Virus record (IMG/VR): IMGVR_UViG_3300044631_002111
Coordinates: 1-57,691 of that record
Source of the DNA: a virus
Taxonomy: Duplodnaviria > Caudoviricetes
Length of the DNA stretch: 57,691 nt
Direction: 5' to 3' (one strand)
Shown: one piece after another, positions 9,296 through 17,959 of the stretch
Position numbering within the stretch: position 1 is the first letter of the stretch
Layout: each line of letters begins with the position of its first letter
Notes under the pieces: generated by a model
The model's database searches: none
The model's input: the letters and a program-made list of their open reading frames with translations, nothing else
What the model was told of the DNA's origin: nothing
Position numbers and translations under genes: made by a program

Positions 9296-10905
9296 CGGCT
9301 TCGATTTGGAAACCCATCTTTGTTAGCAGTCGGACTAAGATGCCAATCTTCAACTCTTAGATTTGGAGGGTCGGGTTTATAGCCTCGTATAATGCTATAA
9401 GTAAGCACCACTTCTATTGTAGTCCCTGGAACTGAAGGCTCGAAAATTTCGTGCTCCGTTGAGTCTACGATGACTTCGCTGCAATTTGCAAGTTTCAAGT
9501 GACGTGGCATCGGTGTTGGCTGGCCCCCAACCACGCTTAAGTCAGCGCATCTATTCGGCCCTCCTGCCGGGTCTGCATAAGTGCCGGAAACATCCCACTC
9601 GTAGGCAAACCACTCTTCATACCAAACAACGGGTTTATCGTAGGCAAACACCCTCCGAATATGAGTGTCGCAGATAATAAAATTTGGAGGGCATGGCTCG
9701 TTTGCAACGTAAGCAATATGGCACCGATTACAACTCCAAATAGGAGTGCCCGCCCAGGGCCCGCTATTAAATTCTTCTATTCTGCAAGGAAAGAACGTGT
9801 ATTTTTTATACGCCCACACTTTCAGATAGCACGTAACTGACGCAGAGTGAGCAAGCTTGAATTTCATTCTTTGCTTATACTTGCCACCGTTAGTTGCAGT
9901 ATTACAAATAGAGAGGTTAAAAGCAGAGTCTGCAAATCCTTGTCCCGGCTGCAATGTTGGATACCGGTATGGACTTCCATAACCGTTTTCTGGATCGTTA
10001 CAACTAGTTGGCCAATATGTGCCGCACTCCCACGGCCATACCGGTGTTTCTGAAGGGTCGTAAATGCACAGCTCCCGATAATACTCAGGAACAGACTTGT
10101 ATTCTGGATAATCTGCGAACTGTTGAGATGCGGGCATTATTCCTCCACAATCGTCTTCTCCACAACCTGTGCAGGCAGCACCTTCGTCTGCACAAGCGCC
10201 TCCATTTTCTCCGGACTCGTCTAATGCTACCCATTCCTCGCCGGTAACATTGCCCTCTTCGTCTTTAATTTCTTGATAAACGTGGGTTGCCCCGTTGAAT
10301 TTAGCTATATCGCCTATTGACGGATCTTCTGGCTCTTCTGCGGCTTCTTCGGTTCCATCGCCATCCGCGTTAACTCTAGTGCCTGAACCGGCAATAGGAT
10401 ATAATATGGGTCTGAAATTACTTGACCCTATCTTCCTCGGCCAAATATTACTAAACTCCCATTGGCTACAATCGTTATCGGGACAACACACTTTTGGCTC
10501 CGTCCCTGGGCAGGGCTCGGGCAGATAGTAGCCCCTAATTTCGGGGTATCCATCGGCATACGGAGACGCGGGGTCTTCGGGAATAAATTGTATCCCATGG
10601 CAACAAGTTATTTCAACCTCAGTTTGGGGGAACGATTTTCTTTTAAAAAGGTACGTATCGCAGGTTGCGAGCTGGCACGATCCATCGGGCTGCTGCTTAG
10701 GTTCAACATCGGGGTTATTAGGATCAGGGCAAACACCCATTCCATTTGCACTCCAATTTCCAACATACTCTCTTTGTGGACAGGACAAAGTAGACGATAC
10801 AGGCATTATCCCAATCCACGGAGTCGCAATTCTACATCCACATTCCCCTTCGTCCTCAGGAAGTTGATAGCAGTCTGCTGTTTCTTTGTAAGTAACATTT
10901 CCCAT
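9292..10905 (-). CDS. Cys/Pro-rich probable virion (tail tip/fibre-associated) protein
   Basis: 537-aa ORF with dozens of Cys, lower GC than its flanks, 4-nt overlap with the next gene. Confidence 0.55.
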   Translation of the reverse strand: MGNVTYKETADCYQLPEDEGECGCRIATPWIGIMPVSSTLSCPQREYVGNWSANGMGVCPDPNNPDVEPKQQPDGSCQLATCDTYLFKRKSFPQTEVEITCCHGIQFIPEDPASPYADGYPEIRGYYLPEPCPGTEPKVCCPDNDCSQWEFSNIWPRKIGSSNFRPILYPIAGSGTRVNADGDGTEEAAEEPEDPSIGDIAKFNGATHVYQEIKDEEGNVTGEEWVALDESGENGGACADEGAACTGCGEDDCGGIMPASQQFADYPEYKSVPEYYRELCIYDPSETPVWPWECGTYWPTSCNDPENGYGSPYRYPTLQPGQGFADSAFNLSICNTATNGGKYKQRMKFKLAHSASVTCYLKVWAYKKYTFFPCRIEEFNSGPWAGTPIWSCNRCHIAYVANEPCPPNFIICDTHIRRVFAYDKPVVWYEEWFAYEWDVSGTYADPAGGPNRCADLSVVGGQPTPMPRHLKLANCSEVIVDSTEHEIFEPSVPGTTIEVVLTYSIIRGYKPDPPNLRVEDWHLSPTANKDGFPNRSR

Positions 10906-10907
10906 AA

Positions 10908-12266
10908 TTATGTATAACGACTAACGCTGACTGTCCAAGGTCCTAGTGAGTCGGCTACGTAAAAGCGGCGGCAAACTCTTACTTCAAGACTGCCACAACC
11001 ATAGTTTTGGTACTCGACTCCGTCCGAAGTAAACTCATAATACCCTAACACATAGTAATAATCAGTGTTGCTATCCGCAGGAAACGAAGAGTAGCCTCCA
11101 TCAATCTGAACAGAACCTATACTACCGTGTGGATCTGATTGGTCTATAGTAACTAAAGCCGCTACGTATCCGCTCCCGCTCGTAGCTATAAGCTTTCCTT
11201 CTATAGGATCAAAATTTGGAGGCAGCTCGCCCCCAATAGTGCCTGGGCCTATCCATAATTGTGATTGCTGACCGTTTCCTACGGGTACAGTTTTTACGTT
11301 CAAACCGAAACCAGCGCAAGAACCGCCCCCACCCCCACCCAGGTAGTAGTCAGCCGTATCTGCCGGGGGCTCACTCACAATATTCCCGGCGGACACGTCC
11401 AACTGCACCACCACTTTTTGCCCGCCATCTGCGCGCTCAAAGTAGACAGGTATCATTCCTTTGTGAAAATAGCTGGCATCACCATTTTTAACTGCGTCCG
11501 GCGAATCTTCCGGCCCCCGCCTTGCCTTGCCGGTGTCGGGATCGAATTGGATTTTTTCCAAACGCTTCTGCCACTCCTTGTTCGACTCGCCCGTCATCCT
11601 ACGGGGATCGTAATAGCGGTCATCGGATTCGGTTACTCGCTTCGCTTCTGAAGGAGTGTATTGGCTCCGGGACTCCTTGTCCTCAAGCGCTTTTTCAGCG
11701 CGGTCTATTTCGACGGAATTCATACCCCGCGCCCGGTAAGAATCTATGCGCTCATTTCGCGCGGCCATCGCATCTAAATTGGGGGTTGAGGCCACAATCG
11801 GCTGATTCTGGCGAGCCGCCATCGCATCTAAATTGGGGGTTGAGGCCACAATCGGCTGATTCTGGCGAACCGTCACTCCCCCGCTAACAGTAAAAGATTC
11901 CGAGGCTCTTGGGGACACCGGCACTTCAAACGAAACTTGAGATCCCACGAAGTCGGGAGAAACGCCGTTAATCGTTACGCTTTTAAAATAGTCTCTAATG
12001 GCCCCCCTAACTACTTCCGATAGCGACTCCAAAGCGCCCACGACTGGCATCGGGGCAACGGGAAAAGGAGTCTGCCCAGAAGTTGAGGGAAGGGCTGGCT
12101 CGGATATCTCCACAGGACGTGGAGAAGAGCGGTCCACTGACCTCGCCGGAGAAACCTCGACCGAACGAGAGACAGGATCAGTAACGCGACGGCGTTCGGA
12201 TTGGTCTCCGACGATGTCCCTCGGGCGGGTATCCGAGTTTTCCGGAATTGGAGGACTTTCTGCCAC
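10908..12266 (-). CDS. Virion/tail protein with disordered N-terminus and beta-rich C-terminal domain
   Basis: 452 aa; GGGGGG linker before the C-terminal domain; internal 18-aa duplication. Confidence 0.55.
   Translation of the reverse strand: MAESPPIPENSDTRPRDIVGDQSERRRVTDPVSRSVEVSPARSVDRSSPRPVEISEPALPSTSGQTPFPVAPMPVVGALESLSEVVRGAIRDYFKSVTINGVSPDFVGSQVSFEVPVSPRASESFTVSGGVTVRQNQPIVASTPNLDAMAARQNQPIVASTPNLDAMAARNERIDSYRARGMNSVEIDRAEKALEDKESRSQYTPSEAKRVTESDDRYYDPRRMTGESNKEWQKRLEKIQFDPDTGKARRGPEDSPDAVKNGDASYFHKGMIPVYFERADGGQKVVVQLDVSAGNIVSEPPADTADYYLGGGGGGSCAGFGLNVKTVPVGNGQQSQLWIGPGTIGGELPPNFDPIEGKLIATSGSGYVAALVTIDQSDPHGSIGSVQIDGGYSSFPADSNTDYYYVLGYYEFTSDGVEYQNYGCGSLEVRVCRRFYVADSLGPWTVSVSRYT
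11764..11868. repeat. 54-bp-period tandem duplication (RQNQPIVASTPNLDAMAA x2)
   Basis: 51-nt identical copies at 11764-11814 and 11818-11868. Confidence 0.95.
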
Positions 12267-12284
12267 AACAAATAGACGAGGAGT

Positions 12285-12884
12285 TTATCGGTGATCGAAG
12301 ACGTTGCCCCAATGGCCTTCTAGAGCGTGGGCCAAAGACATTTCAGGCTCATCGGCGGCGGACAAAATTCGTTCGTAATGCGACACTGGACGACGGTGGA
12401 CCACGTCCCGCTTTACATAAAACTGAGCGCCTATTTGGAACGGAACTCCTTCCGGGTAGGTCCTCCGCTGCCACCCCAAACTGAGGACATGATCGGTGGC
12501 GCTCCACGGGGTAACCGGATGCCCCGGCCCCGAATATTTTCCTCCCACGTAACAAAACGGATGGGGGAAGGACGGCTTTCCGTATAGAATCTCCAACAAA
12601 GGTAGGACGTCATGGGGTACGTGGGGCCAGGGATTGGCCTGTAAAAAAACCGTCACGTCTGACAGGTCCTCGTAGTGACTGACTATGTAGCGCAGATAAT
12701 GGCCCGCCTCCCTGCCGGAATTGGGGACAGAGATTTCTTCATCGGCCGAGGAACCGACTCCCGAGCCCCCCGAGTTGCTCACAACTATCCGGTATGACCG
12801 ATCTTCTTTGGGCGGCAGGTAATCCGTCCATTTCAATAACTCGCCGTGGCGAGCCAACAATAGGGTGTAACTATGGGTTTGCAT
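12285..12884 (-). CDS. DUF3431-like protein (putative glycosyltransferase-like)
   Basis: N.GREAGHYLRYIV..YE.L...TVFLQA.P..H and GAQFYV.R..V..RP...Y motifs, and 'LE..W..VF' at the end. Confidence 0.7.
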   Translation of the reverse strand: MQTHSYTLLLARHGELLKWTDYLPPKEDRSYRIVVSNSGGSGVGSSADEEISVPNSGREAGHYLRYIVSHYEDLSDVTVFLQANPWPHVPHDVLPLLEILYGKPSFPHPFCYVGGKYSGPGHPVTPWSATDHVLSLGWQRRTYPEGVPFQIGAQFYVKRDVVHRRPVSHYERILSAADEPEMSLAHALEGHWGNVFDHR

Positions 12885-15699
12885 AAGCTGGAATAAAAAC
12901 TTCTACGATCTCGGTTACCCAAATCCCGTACTTCCAATGCTCGCTTTGGCGAGCCACTTCCAACCACCCTCCGAACGGGAGGGTGCTGGGCTGGGTAGCG
13001 GGTATATTCAAGATCCCTCCGCCGGGCAGCGAACAGGCAAGGGCGGCACGCAAGCATTTCGGTATGCTCAAAGAAAGTACTCCTATTTGGGTAGTCGTGC
13101 TTTCCGACTGCGACGTCCCAGACGAAACCCCGGAAGAAGTGGAGGAGTTGGTCCCGCTCTGCGTGCCGGAGTTCGTTGAGGAACTCGTCCCGCTCTGAGT
13201 GCCGGAGTTCGTTGAGGAACTCGTCCCGCTCTGAGTGCCGGAGTTGGTAGAAGAGCTGGTAGAGGAGTTGGTCCCGCTCTGCGTGCCGGAGTTGGTAGAA
13301 GAGTTGGTTCCACTCTGCGTGCCGGAGTTGGTGGAGGAGTTGGTTCCACTCTGAGTGCCGGAGTTGGTAGAAGAGCTGGTACCGCTCTGAGTGCCGGAGT
13401 TGGTAGAAGAGTTGGTACCGCTCTGAGTGCCGGAGTTGGTAGAAGAGTTGGTACCGCTCTGAGTGCCGGAGTTGGTAGAAGAGTGGGTACCGGAACTGGT
13501 GTTGGAACTGGTGCCCGACCCTGTGCCGGACTCTGTCCCTGAACGAGTGCCGCTTCGGGTCCCTGACGACGTCTCCACGTTCGTCCCGTTCCTAGTGCCG
13601 TTAGTTACGCGGGTTGTCGAGGGGTCGGCGGTAGTCGGCCAACCTCCCGTCTTACTGGTAGTGGTGTCGCTGCTTCCGTAAATCCCGTTTGAAGAGTCGT
13701 TTGACGAATATGATTCTGAAGAAGAACTGGTGCCGGAGCTAGTGCTAGAACTTGTTCCTGAGTTGGTGCCGGAATTTGTTCCCGAGTCGGTGCCGGAGTT
13801 GGTGCCGGAATTTGTTCCCGAGTTGGTTCCGGAGTTGGTTCCGGAACTTGTTCCCGAGTTGGTGCCGGAGTTGGTTCCGGAACTTGTTCCCGAGTTGGTG
13901 CCGGAGTTGGTTGACGAGCTGGTGCCACTCTGCGTTCCGGAATTTGTCCCCGAACTCGTTCCGGAGCTGGTTCCGGAATTTGTCCCAGAATTTGTCCCCG
14001 AACTAGTTCCGGAGTTGGTTCCGGAGTTGGTCGAAGAGTTGGTACCGCTCTGTGTGCCGGAGTTGGTTCCGGAACTTGTTCCTGAGTTGGTGCCGGAGTT
14101 GGTTGACGAACTGCTGCTGCTAGAAGTGGAACTGTTAGTCGAGGAGTTGGTGGAAGAGCTAGAGCTGACACTGCTAGATTCGCTTACCAGTTGATATTCT
14201 ACAGCCCCATTAAACGCCTCGGGACGCAAAGGCATCTGGGTATTGTTGGGATCGTAATCCGAGGGGGGTCCGTAAGAAAACTTGCGGGTAAACCGGGCTT
14301 TCATTGGGCCTTCCGGAGCAGTGCGCCACAACGGGATAGCGCGCCACTGCTCAGTCCCCTCGATGCGAAGACCGATCAAAACGTCGGGAAGATTTTCCCG
14401 CTTTTTGCCGTACCATACTTGATCCGCAGGCAGTTGGTTGAGTTGCGTCTTTACTCGCCAGGAGCGCCACTGATCTTTGGGCTCTATCTCAGTGGCGATA
14501 ACGGGGTCGCCGCTTGTCCCTGTACCCGACACCCCGCCGGTAGTTCCAGCCGCAACAATCGTCCGCTCGTAAGCAAAGGGGACGCCGAACCGGGAGTCTA
14601 TCTGAACTCCCTGCAAAGTGGGAAACTCCCCCTGGGCACGAGTAACGGTTTTGATGAAAGTTCCATCTCCAACGGGCTCCGTTTTGGATTCCAAAATGTC
14701 GAACCCCACCTCTAGAACTGCGGCGTCTGACGCGGAAACCAAAGACTCTTTGACTGTCGCAACAACGCCGCCAAAGTCTGTAGTTGTGGTCTTCCCTTCA
14801 AGGTGAACGGGCAGCGAAACCGCGCTTCTGGTAGTGCTTTTGACCCGTTTTGTAAACTTGGTCAACTGCTGCTGACTTTTAGCCAAGTCTCCCGGCCCCA
14901 TACTTGGAACCCCTGCGTTGCCGGTCACCGTCTCTTCTTGAGTAACCGCCGGAACCGCTACACGAAACTTTTGTGGGACAACGTCGGGGACTTCTTTAGA
15001 ATATGTATTGCCGGAAAAAACTTCGGGCAACTTCTTGACCGTATCAATTATGACGTTCCCCTCCCCGATCTCGGACCCAAACGAGGTGACCGAGTCGGCG
15101 GTCGGCGGGACGTAGTCGTCTTCGTAAAACTTGCGTCGCGTGGTTACTTCAACAGTCTGCCCGAGTTCGTTGGTTTCATAGCGAGTGATCTCCGGGCCGG
15201 GCAATTTCTCGAAGGCCCGCAAAACCCTTACGTAAAGAGAATCAAGCGCCCCGTCCTGGGCATCGCCTTTGAACCTCTGGACTTCTTCGGAGATCAATTT
15301 GGCGTCCGGGAAGACTGGATCTGGGGAGCCTGCTGGTAGCGGAGCGTACTCGGACCGCAGCACCGTATAGGTCCTTATGTAGGTCGGGTAACCCGGATCA
15401 TTGGCGGAATACTTTATCGCATAATTGTAAGCGTCTTCATCTAGGCGATCTTTGGCGTAAATGCGCCGTACCCACATGTGGTTGCTCTCCTGATCCAGAG
15501 GAGACTGCGAAACCAACTTTAGTCCGGGAAAAGTGACGGGATCGGGGTGCGGGTCACCGTAAGCCAACGCCGCGTATCCAGGAATGCGAGTGTCAACATC
15601 CTGGACTACGATTAAGTCCTCAATGTTGGGCGTCGGGTAACTGACGACCGGGATCTCGGGGGAAAGAATGCGGGGGTTGGGGGCTCTGTTAGCGGCCAT
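12871..15699 (-). CDS. Tail/virion protein with a long Ser/Thr/Gly/Asn tetrapeptide-repeat insert
   Basis: 942 aa; beta-rich body; two ~160-aa arms of (S-G/S-T-N/S/Q)n. Confidence 0.75.
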   Translation of the reverse strand: MAANRAPNPRILSPEIPVVSYPTPNIEDLIVVQDVDTRIPGYAALAYGDPHPDPVTFPGLKLVSQSPLDQESNHMWVRRIYAKDRLDEDAYNYAIKYSANDPGYPTYIRTYTVLRSEYAPLPAGSPDPVFPDAKLISEEVQRFKGDAQDGALDSLYVRVLRAFEKLPGPEITRYETNELGQTVEVTTRRKFYEDDYVPPTADSVTSFGSEIGEGNVIIDTVKKLPEVFSGNTYSKEVPDVVPQKFRVAVPAVTQEETVTGNAGVPSMGPGDLAKSQQQLTKFTKRVKSTTRSAVSLPVHLEGKTTTTDFGGVVATVKESLVSASDAAVLEVGFDILESKTEPVGDGTFIKTVTRAQGEFPTLQGVQIDSRFGVPFAYERTIVAAGTTGGVSGTGTSGDPVIATEIEPKDQWRSWRVKTQLNQLPADQVWYGKKRENLPDVLIGLRIEGTEQWRAIPLWRTAPEGPMKARFTRKFSYGPPSDYDPNNTQMPLRPEAFNGAVEYQLVSESSSVSSSSSTNSSTNSSTSSSSSSSTNSGTNSGTSSGTNSGTQSGTNSSTNSGTNSGTSSGTNSGTNSGTSSGTSSGTNSGTQSGTSSSTNSGTNSGTSSGTNSGTNSGTSSGTNSGTNSGTNSGTNSGTDSGTNSGTNSGTSSSTSSGTSSSSESYSSNDSSNGIYGSSDTTTSKTGGWPTTADPSTTRVTNGTRNGTNVETSSGTRSGTRSGTESGTGSGTSSNTSSGTHSSTNSGTQSGTNSSTNSGTQSGTNSSTNSGTQSGTSSSTNSGTQSGTNSSTNSGTQSGTNSSTNSGTQSGTNSSTSSSTNSGTQSGTSSSTNSGTQSGTSSSTNSGTQSGTNSSTSSGVSSGTSQSESTTTQIGVLSLSIPKCLRAALACSLPGGGILNIPATQPSTLPFGGWLEVARQSEHWKYGIWVTEIVEVFIPAYANP
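13090..14184. repeat. 12-bp-unit coding tandem repeat (GGAGTTGGTNCC-like), two blocks around a unique spacer
   Basis: Blocks at ~13090-13570 (36-bp higher-order unit SSTN-SGTQ-SGTN) and ~13716-14184. Confidence 0.95.
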
Positions 15700-15865
15700 A
15701 ATGACTGTCCTCTCTTTCTTCTTTCCGACGGTAGTGGGGCTTCATCCTCCGGCCCTCTGGGCGCTCGTCCTCTTCACCCTCTCCTAAACAAGTGGCGCAG
15801 AGCCCTCGATAGACGGCGGGCTCGTCATCGCACATTTGGCAGAGATGGTGGTCATGGTTATACAT
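15689..15865 (-). CDS. Small CxxC-CxxC protein (58 aa)
   Basis: Read by eye: MYNHDHHLCQMCDDEPAVYRGLCATCLGE...; fills the gap between the endolysin and the tail gene. Confidence 0.45.
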   Translation of the reverse strand: MYNHDHHLCQMCDDEPAVYRGLCATCLGEGEEDERPEGRRMKPHYRRKEEREDSHYGR

Positions 15866-15886
15866 GGGCGGCGGTATATTATACCT

Positions 15887-16414
15887 CTAGCGACGTTTGT
15901 CCACAACGGAAGGATGGATTCGGATATACGACCGGACCAGCGAAGCGGGCCTGCTTTTAGCCCACACTCCGTCACCGGACTCGCTGTCTCGTGTTCCTCT
16001 TCCGTTAGTATTCCCTTCGACAGTCAAGATTCGGGAGCCCTTGGTGCCTGTGACGATGCCGCAGTGGCTGAAGTCAAAGACGACAAGGTCTCCGGCCTTG
16101 GGCGTCGCGGTCTCCGGATAAATAGTGGTTGTGTGCGGGCGATCCTGCGCCCACTTGAGGAAACCGAAAGCCGCTGCCGTCTTGGGCCTCCAAGTGGCGG
16201 GCGAAGTTTTCTTGAGGTCCAACCAGAACACAGAGCCGGGGTCTTTAAGCCACTCTTCGAGTGCCCAGCATAGGAACGCGGCGCACCAGGGCCACGCTCC
16301 CGGAGACAAGTTGGTAGAAGACTGGTAAGTCCGGATTTTGGCGCCGCGGTTGTTGCCGCCGATTTCTTTGACCCCCACTTGGGAGAGCGCAATCTCTGCC
16401 AGTTGCTGAGTCAT
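15887..16414 (-). CDS. CHAP-domain endolysin
   Basis: PWCAAF (catalytic Cys), GDLVVF..SHCGIV (His) and TVEGNT motifs. Confidence 0.9.
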   Translation of the reverse strand: MTQQLAEIALSQVGVKEIGGNNRGAKIRTYQSSTNLSPGAWPWCAAFLCWALEEWLKDPGSVFWLDLKKTSPATWRPKTAAAFGFLKWAQDRPHTTTIYPETATPKAGDLVVFDFSHCGIVTGTKGSRILTVEGNTNGRGTRDSESGDGVWAKSRPASLVRSYIRIHPSVVDKRR

Positions 16415-16584
16415 TAAAACTCTACGCCTCCTTTTATCGACACGTAGCGGGAAAGGCGTCCCCGTTTAAAGCGCGGCTCGATGCGAACACGCACAGACGA
16501 AAGCAGCCGGGCCCACACCGACCTGCGGTCTTCCGGAGGAACGGGCTTTTGCAAAGCTGCTTTGTTGATTTGCTCCTGGGTCAT
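16414..16584 (-). CDS. 56-aa cationic lysis-cassette peptide
   Basis: Read by eye: MTQEQINKAALQKPVPPEDRRSVWARLLSSVRVRIEPRFKRGRLSRYVSIKGGVEF; ATGA overlap with the upstream stop and TAATG overlap with the endolysin start. Confidence 0.7.
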   Translation of the reverse strand: MTQEQINKAALQKPVPPEDRRSVWARLLSSVRVRIEPRFKRGRLSRYVSIKGGVEF

Positions 16585-16901
16585 TTCTTTTTTTTGAGCA
16601 CCGGAATGGCTCGGCGCACTTCGGTATAAGTGACTGGTCCGGGAATGCCGTCCTGTCGGACGTTAACCAGGGCCTGGATGGCTTTGACGCCCTCTGTTTG
16701 GCGCAAGTTGGTGTAGTAGTTGACCGCTGAGAGCAGAAGAGCCACGGCGAATCCAGTGACCGCCGTCTGGTCGACCCCATTGGCCAAGTTGGGGTCGAGT
16801 GCAGCGAGCTTACCGACGGCCGCACCCACCAGCCCGGCCACGATCGGAGTCAGGACGCCGCCGGACTTAGAGACCAGAAAGCTCAGGATGAAGTTCTTCA
16901 T
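16581..16901 (-). CDS. Two-TM holin-like protein with a C-terminal peptidoglycan-binding-like motif
   Basis: Two hydrophobic segments, then VKAIQALVNVRQDGIPGPVTY (DG..GP.T, PG_binding_1-like) and a basic tail. Confidence 0.55.
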   Translation of the reverse strand: MKNFILSFLVSKSGGVLTPIVAGLVGAAVGKLAALDPNLANGVDQTAVTGFAVALLLSAVNYYTNLRQTEGVKAIQALVNVRQDGIPGPVTYTEVRRAIPVLKKKK

Positions 16902-17185
16902 TGCTGGCTCACTTTCAGCCGCTGAACCGCGGACTCAACGGTAAGTCGGATCAAGCTCTCGGAAGCATTTATGCCAAGCTCAGTCGCCGACGAGCGGAGC
17001 CTTTTTACGGCCATCTCTCGCTTTTTAGAGCCGGTTTCCGATGAGCTGGCTAGAGACGAAACAATCTCCAGCGCAACGGGCAACAGAGCCGACATGCCGG
17101 TGGCCACCAATTCACGGAGAATGGGGGCATAGAATTCGAGTACACTTCGGGACAACCCGAGCAGTTTAGATAGCAATGTTTTCAT
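16898..17185 (-). CDS. Holin-like protein (LL-H-type 'G..K...A....I...VE.AV' pattern)
   Basis: 95 aa in the lysis cassette. Confidence 0.45.
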   Translation of the reverse strand: MKTLLSKLLGLSRSVLEFYAPILRELVATGMSALLPVALEIVSSLASSSETGSKKREMAVKRLRSSATELGINASESLIRLTVESAVQRLKVSQQ

Positions 17186-17193
17186 GTGGTATA

Positions 17194-17481
17194 TTATACC
17201 CCGCTTAGTTTTCTTTCCAAGCGCTCCAGCAGGGTCGAGTTCTTGGTGATGGTGGCGTTCGCCAAAGCAATGACGTCCAACATCTCTTTGTTTGCAGCCT
17301 TCAAGTGGTTGACGAAGTCATTGGTTTGCGTGTCAATGCGGGACTGGAGGCCATCGAGACGCCCGGTGAAATACTTAAAAAGCACCGCGATTGCAGTGAG
17401 CCCGATTACCAAGAGGGCGACAAAGAGCCATCGGTCGGTTTGCTGGCTCACATAATTAGCGGTTTCGATTACTTCTGTCAT
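17194..17481 (-). CDS. Single-TM coiled-coil protein (holin/antiholin-like)
   Basis: N-terminal TM WLFVALLVIGLTAIAVLF followed by a heptad region. Confidence 0.5.
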   Translation of the reverse strand: MTEVIETANYVSQQTDRWLFVALLVIGLTAIAVLFKYFTGRLDGLQSRIDTQTNDFVNHLKAANKEMLDVIALANATITKNSTLLERLERKLSGV

Positions 17482-17485
17482 AATG

Positions 17486-17959
17486 CTACGTGCCTAGTTG
17501 TTGAACTGCCTCCTGCACCGCAGCCTCGAAGGTCGTCGGGGGCAGCGGCCAATCGGAGCGGGGGCTGGGGTCGGTGGCATAGAGGGCCAAGATTTGTTGG
17601 AGATATTGCTCCAACGAGTTGAGCAAGGGACTTTCCTTCGACGCTGCCGTAAGGCTCTGACGGAGATACAATAATGTCGGCTGGCGGTTGCCGCCGATTC
17701 CTTTGAACTCCAACCACTCCTCAGCAAGCATCACGCGGGGCGGCAGGCTTACGACGCTCCACTCGCGACTTAAGGTCCCAGCAGCTAGGTCCACGGAGTC
17801 GGTCTTAACCAAATACTGTGTTAAAGAGTCAAACGACGGTTTCTCGGACTCGATCACTTGCAAAGACACGAACGGCGCTTCTAGCCCCTGAATGTCCGCG
17901 CCGTCAGTGCGCGGGTAATCGAAGGTTTCTTCGGTAACAGTGTTATAGAGAAGTTTCAT
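17486..17959 (-). CDS. Tail fibre assembly/chaperone-like protein
   Basis: 'P.FD..TQ.L........W.V..L' pattern, downstream of the fibre genes. Confidence 0.45.
   Translation of the reverse strand: MKLLYNTVTEETFDYPRTDGADIQGLEAPFVSLQVIESEKPSFDSLTQYLVKTDSVDLAAGTLSREWSVVSLPPRVMLAEEWLEFKGIGGNRQPTLLYLRQSLTAASKESPLLNSLEQYLQQILALYATDPSPRSDWPLPPTTFEAAVQEAVQQLGT

Noticed and set aside
13090-14184. Ice-nucleation protein (InaZ-like) or CRISPR-like DNA repeat
   Set aside because: It lacks the AGYGSTxT octapeptide; it is an in-frame 12-bp coding repeat without unique spacers.
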